Of a stretch of 64,000 nucleotides of DNA, positions 1-9,283 are shown piece by piece (positions within the stretch are counted from its first letter, which is position 1; each line of letters opens with the position of its first letter). Made by a program: the position numbers and the translations under genes. This stretch comes from an uncultured delta proteobacterium (lineage in GTDB: Bacteria; Myxococcota_A; Polyangia; Polyangiales; Polyangiaceae). A model generated the notes under the pieces. It made no database searches. It worked only from the letters and a program-made list of their open reading frames with translations, and was not told the DNA's origin. The DNA is taken from positions 544,001-608,000 of the forward strand of contig CAWJCS010000005.1 of assembly GCA_963841435.1 (NCBI GenBank), written 5' to 3'.

Positions 1-50
1 ATCCGTCGGCGGCGGGGCCTTCGGGCGCGAGCAACGCGCCGGACGCTGCA

Positions 51-1344
51 GTGCGGGCGCCGGGCTCGGGCGGTCTGCGCTTCGCGATGGTGACCACGTT
101 CTACCCGCCCTACAATTTCGGAGGGGACGGGCTTTACGTGCGAAGGCTCTGCCACGCCCTCGCGCGGCGCGGCCACAGCGTGCACGTGATCCACGACGTG
201 GACGCGTATCGCGTCGGCGGCGGCAAGGCGGAGGAGCCGTTGCCCGAGCCGCCGGGCGTCGTCACGCACCCGCTCCGGAGCCGTTCGGCAATGCTCGCAA
301 CGCTCGCCACCCACCAAACGGGCCGACCGCTCGTGCACGGTGAGCGCATCCGGCAGATCCTCGCCCAGGGTTTCGACGTCATTCACTTCCACAACGTCTC
401 GCTCGTGGGCGGCCCGGGAGTGCTCGCCTACGGAGACGGCATCAAGCTCTACACGGCGCACGAGCACTGGCTCGTGTGCGAGAGCCACATTCTCTGGAGA
501 CACAATCGCGAGCCCTGCACGGGCCGGGAGTGCCTGCGCTGCGTGCTGCGCGCGAAGCGGCCCCCGCAGGCCTGGCGAGCGACGTCGCTCATCGCCGAGA
601 AGGGCCGGCACGTTCGACGAGTTTCTCGCGCTCAGCGAGTTCAGCGCGCAGAAGCACCGCGAGTTCGGCTTCCCCTTCCCGATGCGCGTGCTCCCGTCGT
701 TCTTACCCGACGACGAGGCCGCTGAGCCCGACGCCGAGACGGCGCTGCCGAGCAGCCGTCGCCCGTACTTCCTGTTCGTCGGGCGGCTCGAGGTCATCAA
801 GGGCCTCGAGGACGTGATTCCCCAATTCGACGACTCGCTCGGGGCAGAGCTCTGGATTGCGGGGACCGGCGCGCACGAGGCCGCGCTCAGAAAGCTCGCC
901 GAGGGGCGCCCCGGGGTGCGCTTCCTGGGCCGCCAGACGCCCACCGCGCTTCGCTTCCTTTACCGCGGGGCCGTGGCCCTCATCGCATCCTCGCGCTGCT
1001 TCGAAGTGTTTCCTCTCGTCGTCCTCGAGGCGTTTCGCGAAGGCACCCCCGTCGTGGGCCGGCGCCTCGGCCCCTACCCCGAGATCCTCGAGCAGGCCGG
1101 CGCCGGCCTCTTGTTCGAATCACGGGAGGAGCTGCGCGGGACGCTCGAGCGTCTCTTGCGCGAGCCCGGTCTGCGTGCGGAGCTGGGCGCGTCCGGTGCC
1201 CGCGCGTTCGCGAGCACGTGGTCGGAGCGGGTGGCGCTCGACGCCTATTTCGGGATCATCCGCGACGTGGCGTCGCGGCGCAGTTTGACGGGCGTGCTCG
1301 CGGCTCTCGACGCGGGTGATTGTGTTCCCCGGCCCGCCGTGTAG
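51..1344 (+). CDS. GT4-family glycosyltransferase, split by a 1-nt insertion at 613-614
   Basis: The N-half is in ORF 51..725 (MVTTFYPPYNFGG, IHFHN, TAHEHWLVC). The C-half is in the frame of 340..1344 (FVGRLEVIKG, EVFPLVVLEA, an ExxxxxxxE motif). Removing one T from cacgTTcgac gives HVDEFLALS and joins the halves. The frame is open to the window start, so the start codon is uncertain. Confidence 0.85.
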
Positions 1345-1383
1345 CATGAACGTGGGGCGAGCAAGATTCACGAGGAGTCAAAG

Positions 1384-2094
1384 ATGAAGGTCGGCCAGGG
1401 TATCGAGGCTGAGAACGCGGGCTGGAGCTTCGGAGGCAAGGTGCCGGACACGTTCGTGGAGCACATCGTGCATTCGGTGCCGCTCTACAACGAAGGGCAC
1501 GACTTGATCTGCCAGATTAGCGATTTCTTCTGTGGGAAGGAGAGCGTCTGCTACGAGCTCGGCGTTTCCACGGGGGAGCTGATTCGAAAGCTCGCCCTCC
1601 ACCACAAGGCGAAGCAGGGCATGCGCTGGGTCGGTCTCGACGTCGAGACGGCCATGGTCGAAAAGGCCCGCACCCATTGTGCCGATCTCGCGAACGTCGA
1701 GCTCCACCTCGAGGACATTCGCCTGTTCCCGTACGAGAAGGCGGACATGTTCGTGTCCTATTACTGCATGCAGTTCGTGCCGCCGCGAGACCGCCAGGAG
1801 ATCATCCAGCGCGTCTACGAGTCCTTGCACTGGGGCGGAGCGTTCATCATGTTCGAGAAGGTGCGCGGCCCCGACGCACGTTTTCAGGACATCCTCACGT
1901 CGCTCTACAACGACTTCAAGGCGAAGAATGGGCTTTCCGCGGACGAGATCCTCGCGAAGACGCGTAGCCTCAAGGGCATCCTCGAGCCGTTCTCGACGGC
2001 GGGCAACATCGGGCTTTTGCAGCGCGCGGGGTTCGCCGACATCCTGACGGTGCAGAAGTACCTCTGCTTCGAGGGCTTCCTCGCCATCAAGTAG
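1384..2094 (+). CDS. CmoA-like class I SAM-dependent methyltransferase
   Basis: WSFGG..F..HI..SVPLY, YELGVSTG SAM motif, MQFV, FEKV and DFK..NG.S..EI match the CmoA layout. GAGGAG RBS upstream. Confidence 0.8.
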   Translation: MKVGQGIEAENAGWSFGGKVPDTFVEHIVHSVPLYNEGHDLICQISDFFCGKESVCYELGVSTGELIRKLALHHKAKQGMRWVGLDVETAMVEKARTHCADLANVELHLEDIRLFPYEKADMFVSYYCMQFVPPRDRQEIIQRVYESLHWGGAFIMFEKVRGPDARFQDILTSLYNDFKAKNGLSADEILAKTRSLKGILEPFSTAGNIGLLQRAGFADILTVQKYLCFEGFLAIK

Positions 2095-3091
2095 CGGATG
2101 CCGGGCGGATCGCCCGCTCGATCACCAGCACCGCCATCGTTGCTGCGCTGTAGGTGAGGTGCACCTGATGAAACGCCCAGCCGGACAACCCGAACAGCGG
2201 CCCCTCGGCACGAGTAAAGAAACGGATCATCGGCAGGTGGAAAAGCAGGCTTGCCGTCACGGGCACGAGGAAGACCGCGGTGACGATCGGCGCGCCGAGC
2301 ACCGCCGCGATGGGCGCGCCCACGAGCCCCACGAGGCAGAACGGCGCGAGCGCCGCCGCGAGACGTTGAGGCCAGGCGAGGTTCAGATCGTTCGGCAGCT
2401 CGCCCGTCGCGAGGATCAAACGCCCCCAGGGGATCGCACGGTTGAAGATGTCGGCGCGAATCACGCCCGCGATCGTCCAATGCTTCAGGTGCGTCACGTG
2501 GAGGGTGGGGTCGAGCACCGTGCGACCCCGCGGCTTGAGGCGCAACGCGAGCTCCACGTCTTCCACCATGGGCGCCGGGAACTGGACGGCGTCGAAGCCG
2601 CCCACCTCGCGGAAGACGCGCGTTCGTACCGCGCCGAGCCCCGCCCAGAAGCTCGCCCCCTCGCGTCGCGCGCGCTGATGCACGAAGTGGTGGCGCAGGT
2701 TCATGTAGAGCGACGCGAAATTCCGTTCGGGCGGCGTGTCGTCGTAAGAGCCGGTAATGCTCACGAGGTTCGGATCCTCCGCGAACGCCTGCTCGACCCG
2801 GTCAACGATGTCGGCGTGCGGCACGCAATCGGAGTCGACGAAGAGCGTCACGTCGGTCGTGACGGTCTCGACGCCGCGATTGCGCGCGAGCGCCGGGCCC
2901 GCGCGGTGGCCGAGGCTCAACACTTCGACGCCGAGCCGACGGGCCACCTCTGCGGTGTCGTCCGACGAGCCGGGATCGACGACCAGCACGCGGCGCCCCT
3001 TGGCCGCGGCCAACGCGGCGGGGAGCACTCGCGGCAAGTGATGGGCCGCGTTGTACGCCGGCATGACGAGGGTGACCGAGCCCGGCTCCAT
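2087..3091 (-). CDS. GT2-family glycosyltransferase with C-terminal TM helices
   Basis: VMPAYN, VVDPGSSD, ARNRG, FVDSD (DxD), GGFD and EDVEL motifs; hydrophobic C-terminus. Confidence 0.9.
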   Translation of the reverse strand: MEPGSVTLVMPAYNAAHHLPRVLPAALAAAKGRRVLVVDPGSSDDTAEVARRLGVEVLSLGHRAGPALARNRGVETVTTDVTLFVDSDCVPHADIVDRVEQAFAEDPNLVSITGSYDDTPPERNFASLYMNLRHHFVHQRARREGASFWAGLGAVRTRVFREVGGFDAVQFPAPMVEDVELALRLKPRGRTVLDPTLHVTHLKHWTIAGVIRADIFNRAIPWGRLILATGELPNDLNLAWPQRLAAALAPFCLVGLVGAPIAAVLGAPIVTAVFLVPVTASLLFHLPMIRFFTRAEGPLFGLSGWAFHQVHLTYSAATMAVLVIERAIRPASAT

Positions 3092-3231
3092 GCGGCCCTC
3101 CTTCTACCACCATGTCAGCGCGGCCTGGCAGCCGGCGCGGCTCGGCCCGCGATTGCGGGCGCTGCGGGCCAGAAACACACCGGGGGGATTGACTTTTCCC
3201 GATCGCTCTTGCAAGGGCATTGCGAAACGTC

Positions 3232-5085
3232 ATGACTAGCGGAGCGCCGACTCAGTCGCCGGGGGAACGCGCCGTCATCATCGGGGCCGGGCCGGCGGGG
3301 CTCACTGCGGCCTGGGAGCTCTGCAAGGCGGGCCACCCCGTGCTCGTGCTCGAGAAGGACGGCATCGTCGGCGGTATCTCACGAACCGAGACGTACAAGG
3401 GCTACCGCTACGACATCGGTGGTCACCGCTTCTTCACGAAGGTGAAGATGGTGGACGACTGGTGGCACGACATTCTGAAGGACGACTTCTTGGCGCGGCC
3501 CCGGCTTTCGCGCATCTACTACAACGATCGCTTCTTCGACTACCCGCTGAAGCCCCTCAACGCGCTCACGAACCTCGGCCTGATCGAGGCGATCCACTGC
3601 TGCTTCAGCTACGTTCAGGCGCAGCTCTTCCCGAGCCCCGAGGAGAAGAACCTCGAGCAGTGGGTGAGCAACCGCTTCGGCAAACGGCTCTTCCAGATCT
3701 TCTTCAAGACCTACACCGAGAAGGTGTGGGGTATGCCCTGCAGCGAGATAAGCGCCGATTGGGCGGCCCAGCGCATCAAGAACCTGAACTTGATGAAGGC
3801 GATCACCAACGCCTTCATCGGCAAGGCGAAGTCCGGCGGCGAGGTGCTGACGACGCTGATCGACAGTTTCCAGTACCCGAAGCTCGGGCCCGGTCAGCTC
3901 TGGGAAAAGGTCGCCGAGCAGCTGGAAGAAAAGGGCTTTGCTCCACTGCTGAAGACCGGCGTGAAAACGCTGCACCACGACGGCACGCGGGTGCTCGCGG
4001 CCACGGTCGTCGGCCCCGACGGCGCCGAGCGGCGCGAGGAGGGCGCTCACTTCATCTCCAGCATGCCGGTCCGCGAGCTCTTGCAGTGCCTCGATCCGAA
4101 GCCACCCTCGGAGGTACTCGAGGCCGCGAAGAAGCTCCGCTACCGCGATTTTTTGACCGTCGGTCTGATCATCGATCAGCCCGATACCTTCCCGGACAAC
4201 TGGATCTACATCCACGCGCCCAACGTGAAGGTCGGCCGCATCCAGAACTTCAAGTCGTGGAGCCCCTACATGCTGCCCGACGAGACGAAGAGCTCGGTGG
4301 GCCTCGAATACTTCGTGCAAGAGAACGACGAGATCTGGAGCGCGAGCGACGCCGACCTCGTCGAGCTCGGCAAGCGCGAGATGCAGACACTCGGCCTCCT
4401 TCGCGCCGAAAAGGTGCTCGACGGATGCGTCATCCGCATGCCGAAGGCGTATCCCGTCTACGACGACATCTACAAGGATTGCCTCGCGACCATTCGTGCC
4501 TGGCTCGAACGGCTGCCCAACTTGCAGCTCGTGGGTCGCAACGGCCAGCATCGCTACAACAATCAAGACCACTCGATGGTCACCGCCATCTACGCCGCGA
4601 AGAACATCCTCGGCGAGCGCTACGATGTCTGGGACGTCAACGTCGAAGCCGACTACCACGAGGAAGTCACGAAGGAGGGCGCGCAGGCCCGCGGTGGGGA
4701 CCGACTGGTGCCGGCGCGGGTCGAGAACGACCCGCTGCTCGACATCGTCGAGCGCTCCTTTGCGCGCTACGACGCCCTGGCACTCGGTACGTCCTTCGGC
4801 ACCGTGCTCGGCAGCGGCCTGTTCGCGGCCACCGCGATTCTCTGCCTGAAGGGCGGGAAGGAAGTGGGCCCCAACCTTGCGCTGCTCGCCAACTACCTGG
4901 TTGGCTATCGCGTGACCTGGAGCGGTGCGTTCATCGGGCTCGTCGAGGGCCTGGTGACGGGTTTCCTGGTGGGGTACGTGCTCGCGTGGCTCATCAATGG
5001 GGTCGTCGCGTGGCACGAGCGTGGCCTCGTGCGGCGCCTCGAGATGAAGGCGGCGCTCGATAGCGCTGCCGGTGACGCCGGTTGA
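3232..5085 (+). CDS. FAD-dependent oxidoreductase (UDP-galactopyranose mutase/PPO-like fold) with a C-terminal membrane domain
   Basis: IIGAGPAGL Rossmann motif, [20 protein letters not shown] and [14 protein letters not shown]; about 100 aa hydrophobic tail. Start placed at ATG 3232. Confidence 0.85.
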   Translation: MTSGAPTQSPGERAVIIGAGPAGLTAAWELCKAGHPVLVLEKDGIVGGISRTETYKGYRYDIGGHRFFTKVKMVDDWWHDILKDDFLARPRLSRIYYNDRFFDYPLKPLNALTNLGLIEAIHCCFSYVQAQLFPSPEEKNLEQWVSNRFGKRLFQIFFKTYTEKVWGMPCSEISADWAAQRIKNLNLMKAITNAFIGKAKSGGEVLTTLIDSFQYPKLGPGQLWEKVAEQLEEKGFAPLLKTGVKTLHHDGTRVLAATVVGPDGAERREEGAHFISSMPVRELLQCLDPKPPSEVLEAAKKLRYRDFLTVGLIIDQPDTFPDNWIYIHAPNVKVGRIQNFKSWSPYMLPDETKSSVGLEYFVQENDEIWSASDADLVELGKREMQTLGLLRAEKVLDGCVIRMPKAYPVYDDIYKDCLATIRAWLERLPNLQLVGRNGQHRYNNQDHSMVTAIYAAKNILGERYDVWDVNVEADYHEEVTKEGAQARGGDRLVPARVENDPLLDIVERSFARYDALALGTSFGTVLGSGLFAATAILCLKGGKEVGPNLALLANYLVGYRVTWSGAFIGLVEGLVTGFLVGYVLAWLINGVVAWHERGLVRRLEMKAALDSAAGDAG

Positions 5086-5135
5086 GGCCGATGACCACGA
5101 TTTTCCGCACTGCGGGTAGGAATTAGGAGCAAGCC

Positions 5136-5477
5136 TTGGACGACAAGCAGTGGCAGATCATCAAACCGGTCATCGCGCGCCTCCGGGCTTCCGTGATGGC
5201 GGTGGCCTTCGGCGCCCTCGCGGGCCTCGGCCTGTTCTTGGCAACGGCCTGGCTCGTCGTGCGCGGCGGCCAGGTCGTCAAGGGAGAGATGGTCGTCGGG
5301 CCCCACCTGGGGCTCTTGTCGAACTTCTATCCGGGGTACGAGGTGACCTGGCTGGGGGCCTTCATCGGGTTCTTCTATGCCGCCGCCACGGGCGCCGTCG
5401 CGGGGTACACCATCGCCTGGGTGTACAATGTGGTGGCCCTGCGCGGTGTGAAGGGCGAAAACGCACGCGACAGCTGA
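5136..5477 (+). CDS. Small 2-TM membrane protein, paralogous to the C-terminal domain of the upstream flavoprotein
   Basis: AGGAG at 5125-5129 precedes a TTG start. VGPHLGLLSNFYPGYEVTWLGAFIG aligns with [25 protein letters not shown] upstream. Confidence 0.8.
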   Translation: MDDKQWQIIKPVIARLRASVMAVAFGALAGLGLFLATAWLVVRGGQVVKGEMVVGPHLGLLSNFYPGYEVTWLGAFIGFFYAAATGAVAGYTIAWVYNVVALRGVKGENARDS

Positions 5478-5547
5478 CGGACTCGTCGGTTGGGCTAGGC
5501 TCAGGCTGCTACCCGAGCGCCGGGGCTCGGGTTTCCGAAACGTTTCG

Positions 5548-6627
5548 ATGCTCGAGACCAAGAATCTACGCGTCGTCAACACCACCGTCCTGAAAAGCCC
5601 GGACGAGGTGGCAGCCGAGTTGCCCGTCGGCGAGCGCGCGCTGGAGACCGTGCTTCGCGCGCGTCGCGAGATCCAGGAGCTGGTAACGGGGCGCGACAAG
5701 CGCCGGCTCGTGATCGTGGGACCTTGCTCGATTCACGACCCCGACGCGGCCATGGACTACGCCGGTCGTCTCTTCGCCCTGCGCGAGCGCGTGGCAGACC
5801 AGCTGCTCGTCGTGATGCGCGTGTACTTCGAGAAGCCGCGCACGACGCTCGGCTGGAAGGGGCTCATCAACGATCCGCATCTCGATGGCAGCTACGACAT
5901 CGCAGCCGGCATCGGCAAGGCACGCTCGCTCTTGCTCCAGATCGCGGAGATGGGCCTGCCGGCGGCCACGGAGATGCTCGATCCGATCATCCCACAGTAC
6001 CTTTCCGATCTCGTGTCGTGGGCGGCCATCGGAGCCCGCACGACGGAGAGCCAAACGCATCGTGAGATGGCGTCGGGGTTGTCGATGCCCATCGGCTTCA
6101 AGAACGGCACCGACGGCGGCCTCAACGTCGCCATCAACGCCATGATTGCGGCTTCGCGTCCGCACAGCTTCCTCGGCATCGACGGCAGGGGCCGGGTCGG
6201 CATCGTGCGGACCCGCGGCAACAAGCACGGCCACCTCGTGCTGCGCGGCGGCAGCCGCGGACCGAACTATCGCTCGGAGGAGGTACGGCGAGCCGTGGAA
6301 GCACTGTCACGCGCCGGCGTGAGCCCGCGCGTCGCCATCGATTGCAGCCACGACAACAGCGAGAAGAAGCCCGAGCGCCAGCCGGAGGTGCTCGCCGACG
6401 TGAGCCTACAGATCCGCGAGGGAGCGCACTACGTCGTGGGGGTCATGCTGGAGAGCAACCTGGTCGCCGGCCGGCAGGACCTCAAGTCACCAGGGAACCT
6501 CAACTACGGGCAGAGCATCACGGACGCGTGCATCGATTTTCCGACGACGGAGCGCGCTCTGCTCGACCTCGCGTCGGCCGTCGCCGCTCGGCGGGGCTCG
6601 CCCCCGAGCAGCCCAACGGCGGGCTGA
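5548..6627 (+). CDS. DAHP synthase class I-alpha (3-deoxy-7-phosphoheptulonate synthase, AroF/G/H type)
   Basis: GPCSIHD, RVYFEKPRTT, IGARTTESQTHRE, GFKNGTDG, DCSH and YGQSITDAC. Which isozyme it is cannot be assigned from sequence. Confidence 0.95.
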   Translation: MLETKNLRVVNTTVLKSPDEVAAELPVGERALETVLRARREIQELVTGRDKRRLVIVGPCSIHDPDAAMDYAGRLFALRERVADQLLVVMRVYFEKPRTTLGWKGLINDPHLDGSYDIAAGIGKARSLLLQIAEMGLPAATEMLDPIIPQYLSDLVSWAAIGARTTESQTHREMASGLSMPIGFKNGTDGGLNVAINAMIAASRPHSFLGIDGRGRVGIVRTRGNKHGHLVLRGGSRGPNYRSEEVRRAVEALSRAGVSPRVAIDCSHDNSEKKPERQPEVLADVSLQIREGAHYVVGVMLESNLVAGRQDLKSPGNLNYGQSITDACIDFPTTERALLDLASAVAARRGSPPSSPTAG

Positions 6628-6674
6628 GCGGTGCCGCCGGGCGAGGCTCCCCGCGCTCGCGCCGTGCCACGACG

Positions 6675-7922
6675 TCAGTTCAGCGGGAAGCTGGTTCCGT
6701 AGCTGAGGGCGATGAGAATCGCTTCGCTCGGCAGGATGTCGGGCCGGCCGCCGTAGCGCTGGTACGCGCCGCGCGCTCCCGCATCGAACGCGAACCCGTG
6801 CCTGAGATCGTAGCTCATGGCCGCCTGCGCGGTGAACGACTGCGAGGAATACGGGTTCGCGGACACCAGCGAGGCAGCAGCCTGAGACCCTAGTGAAAGC
6901 GTCAAGCGGCTGCCGGTCCAACGGACGAGGAGCGATGACGCCACGCGCCAGTCGAGCGTCCCCGTGGCCGCGTCCAGAACGGGGTCGAGATTCGTGGCCA
7001 ACTGCGACCCGAACGTGCCCCTGCCGAGCTGCGTGGTGTAAAGAAGCGAGACTCCGCCCGTAGGCGACAAGCCGTCGTCCGTCGGCTGGCCCGTCTGCAT
7101 GTTGCGGATGTAGCCGGCGCCGCCACCCAGCGTGCCTCGGAAATTCGGAGTGAACTGATGATTGATCGACTCAGTCACCGTCACGCTGTAGCTGCGCGTG
7201 GGAGCGACGCTACGCCCCGCGTTTTGACCGAGCTCGCTCCTGTAGTAGCGCCCAGCGGCAACGCTGGAGACCTCGTCGCGCGGGCTGAGGGTGCTTCGCA
7301 GGGACACTGAGCCGTCGGGACCCTGGATGAGAGGGTACTGGCGGCGGGCCTTGACCCCCAGACCTCCGGAAACGGCGTAGCCGAGCCCCAATGCCGAGCT
7401 GTTGTTGGGCGACAGCAGGTGAGTTGCACTAAAGCTCGTACGCTCCGACCCGTAGCTCACGGCTTCGGCGACCGCACGCGACGTCAACGTGCCAGGCGGT
7501 GGCGTAGTCGGCTGCTGCGGGGTCGCGCCGCCGGGACTGATCGGCTGGTTCGACAGCGCCTCGCGCTGGAAATTGCGCTGGGCCCACGTCACGTTCTGCG
7601 TCAGGGAGTAGGTCGTGCGCGGGGAGCCGAAGTTCACGTCACCCTGCGCGTCAACGGCGTGGAGGAACTCGATTTGCCGATCCGGCGTGGTGCGATAGAG
7701 CCGCTCCCTGGCCGTGGAGTTCTCGAGCGGAGCGACGAGAAACGTCGGCGTGTAGCCCGCCCCGAGGTGCGCCCGGGGCCAGGTGAGCGACAGGCGCGTG
7801 TAGGGCCGCGTTTCGGCTTCGAGATCGAGGCGCGTGCGATTGTGGACGAGGCGCGTCTCGGTGCGATCGCCCATCGACAACGCGATGGTTTGTGCAAGGA
7901 CGGGCACGACCAGCGCGAGCAT
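6675..7922 (-). CDS. Putative outer-membrane beta-barrel protein
   Basis: Signal-like N-terminus, alternating amphipathic strands rich in S/T/G/Y, and an aromatic-containing C-terminal strand (LIALSYGTSF). Confidence 0.55.
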   Translation of the reverse strand: MLALVVPVLAQTIALSMGDRTETRLVHNRTRLDLEAETRPYTRLSLTWPRAHLGAGYTPTFLVAPLENSTARERLYRTTPDRQIEFLHAVDAQGDVNFGSPRTTYSLTQNVTWAQRNFQREALSNQPISPGGATPQQPTTPPPGTLTSRAVAEAVSYGSERTSFSATHLLSPNNSSALGLGYAVSGGLGVKARRQYPLIQGPDGSVSLRSTLSPRDEVSSVAAGRYYRSELGQNAGRSVAPTRSYSVTVTESINHQFTPNFRGTLGGGAGYIRNMQTGQPTDDGLSPTGGVSLLYTTQLGRGTFGSQLATNLDPVLDAATGTLDWRVASSLLVRWTGSRLTLSLGSQAAASLVSANPYSSQSFTAQAAMSYDLRHGFAFDAGARGAYQRYGGRPDILPSEAILIALSYGTSFPLN

Positions 7923-8114
7923 GGTGTCGAAAGCGGAACGCTCGGGTTCGTTACCAGAGTTTCACGCGGGGGCCAACGGCACCCGGCGCGGGCGGAGGGT
8001 GAAGACGTCGCTCGCGCCCCCGGCGACCAGGCAACGCTCGGCACGCGCGAGGGCGCCCGCGTTCGCCACGTCGCGTCGCGTTCGCGACGGCACCGTCCCG
8101 AGCCATACCGAGCC

Positions 8115-9158
8115 CTACGATCGATCGCTTGCGCCAGCAAGCCCCGCGGGCCCACCGGGTGTCGCCGGGGCGGGTGGTGCTGCCATCGCGCCCTCGGCTC
8201 TGGAAGCGGCTCGCGAGCGCTTCGCGAGCAAGAGCCCGATGGTACCGAGCGCTGCGGCCCACGCGAGCTGAACGGCATGAAAAACGACACTTGCGGACAC
8301 CATCGAAGCGGCGGCGACCCCGAGCGCCGGCCCGGCCACCGCGAGCGCGGCGTCGGTGGGGCCAACCTGGCCGGGAATCGCGTCGCCGGCCGCCGACGCC
8401 ATCATCGTGACGGCGAGCGTCATCGCGCCGAGCGCCGGCGAAAACGGGGCGCCGACCGCACGCAGGATGGTCGTGAAGAGAGCGATCTGGAACACCCGAG
8501 CGAGGATCAGTGCGAGCGCCGCCGTCGGAACGATCATGCGCTGCGCGCGCACCGCGCGGCGGTACTCACCGGCCGCGCGCAAGAAGCGCGGGAAGCGCCG
8601 CATCATCAAATCGGGCAGCGTGCTTTTCACGCCGAGCACGATCAAGAGGAACAGCCCCGTGCACACGGCGGCGAACCCGAGCAGCGTGAAGGTGATGGGC
8701 GAGAGACCGAACCGCAAAAGCGCGAACACGAGCGCCGCGATTCCCACGCAGGCGTCGGCGAGGAGGCTATTCGCCTGGCTCGCGCCGGCCACGGCGACGA
8801 CGCGGAGCTTGCCGGCGTGAGGCGCGAGCAATGCGGCCTTGGACACCTCGCCGACGACACGCCCACCCGGAACGACCGTGGCAACCGCATAGAACACTGC
8901 CTGAGCGCGTAGCAGCGCGCCGAGCGGCACGCGCCGCGCCGCCGAGCCGAGGAGCGCATGCGTGGCCAGGCTCTCGAGCGGCAGCCGCGCACCCTCACAC
9001 AGGAGCAAGATGGGAACGAATGGCCCCGCGAGAACTAGCGCGTGCTGGACGCGCCCCGCCCCTGCCCACGTGACGGCGAGCACCACGAGGGCGAGACCCA
9101 AGACCAGAAGCAGCACGCGCCGCGCGTCGAGCCGCATGACTGAACGCCTATTTAGCAT
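8115..9158 (-). CDS. Lysylphosphatidylglycerol-synthase TM domain (UPF0104 flippase-like) membrane protein
   Basis: Multi-TM protein with VPGGRVVGEVSKA and IPGQVGPTDAA motifs. Start trimmed to ATG 9158 (9137 is an alternative). Confidence 0.7.
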   Translation of the reverse strand: MLNRRSVMRLDARRVLLLVLGLALVVLAVTWAGAGRVQHALVLAGPFVPILLLCEGARLPLESLATHALLGSAARRVPLGALLRAQAVFYAVATVVPGGRVVGEVSKAALLAPHAGKLRVVAVAGASQANSLLADACVGIAALVFALLRFGLSPITFTLLGFAAVCTGLFLLIVLGVKSTLPDLMMRRFPRFLRAAGEYRRAVRAQRMIVPTAALALILARVFQIALFTTILRAVGAPFSPALGAMTLAVTMMASAAGDAIPGQVGPTDAALAVAGPALGVAAASMVSASVVFHAVQLAWAAALGTIGLLLAKRSRAASRAEGAMAAPPAPATPGGPAGLAGASDRS

Positions 9159-9283
9159 GCCTTCGTGACGAACGTGAAACCGTCGCGCAAGAACGTCAAG
9201 GCTTCGTGCCAAACGCGACTGCTCGCCGACGCTGGCGACGCCAGGGCTACTTCGCGAGATCGCGCTGGGGCGTCGACGACCTT

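Noticed and set aside
3379-5063. Long overlapping and antisense ORFs (e.g. 3379..5016 -, 3462..5063 +, 13671..15392 +, 14788..17004 +, 47148..48650 -)
   Set aside because: Shadow frames of real genes in high-GC DNA; Arg/Ala/Pro-rich with no recognisable motifs.
9194-9212. TGGCACG on the minus strand upstream of the flippase-like gene as a sigma-54 promoter
   Set aside because: The -12 element reads TTGA and is one base out of spacing.
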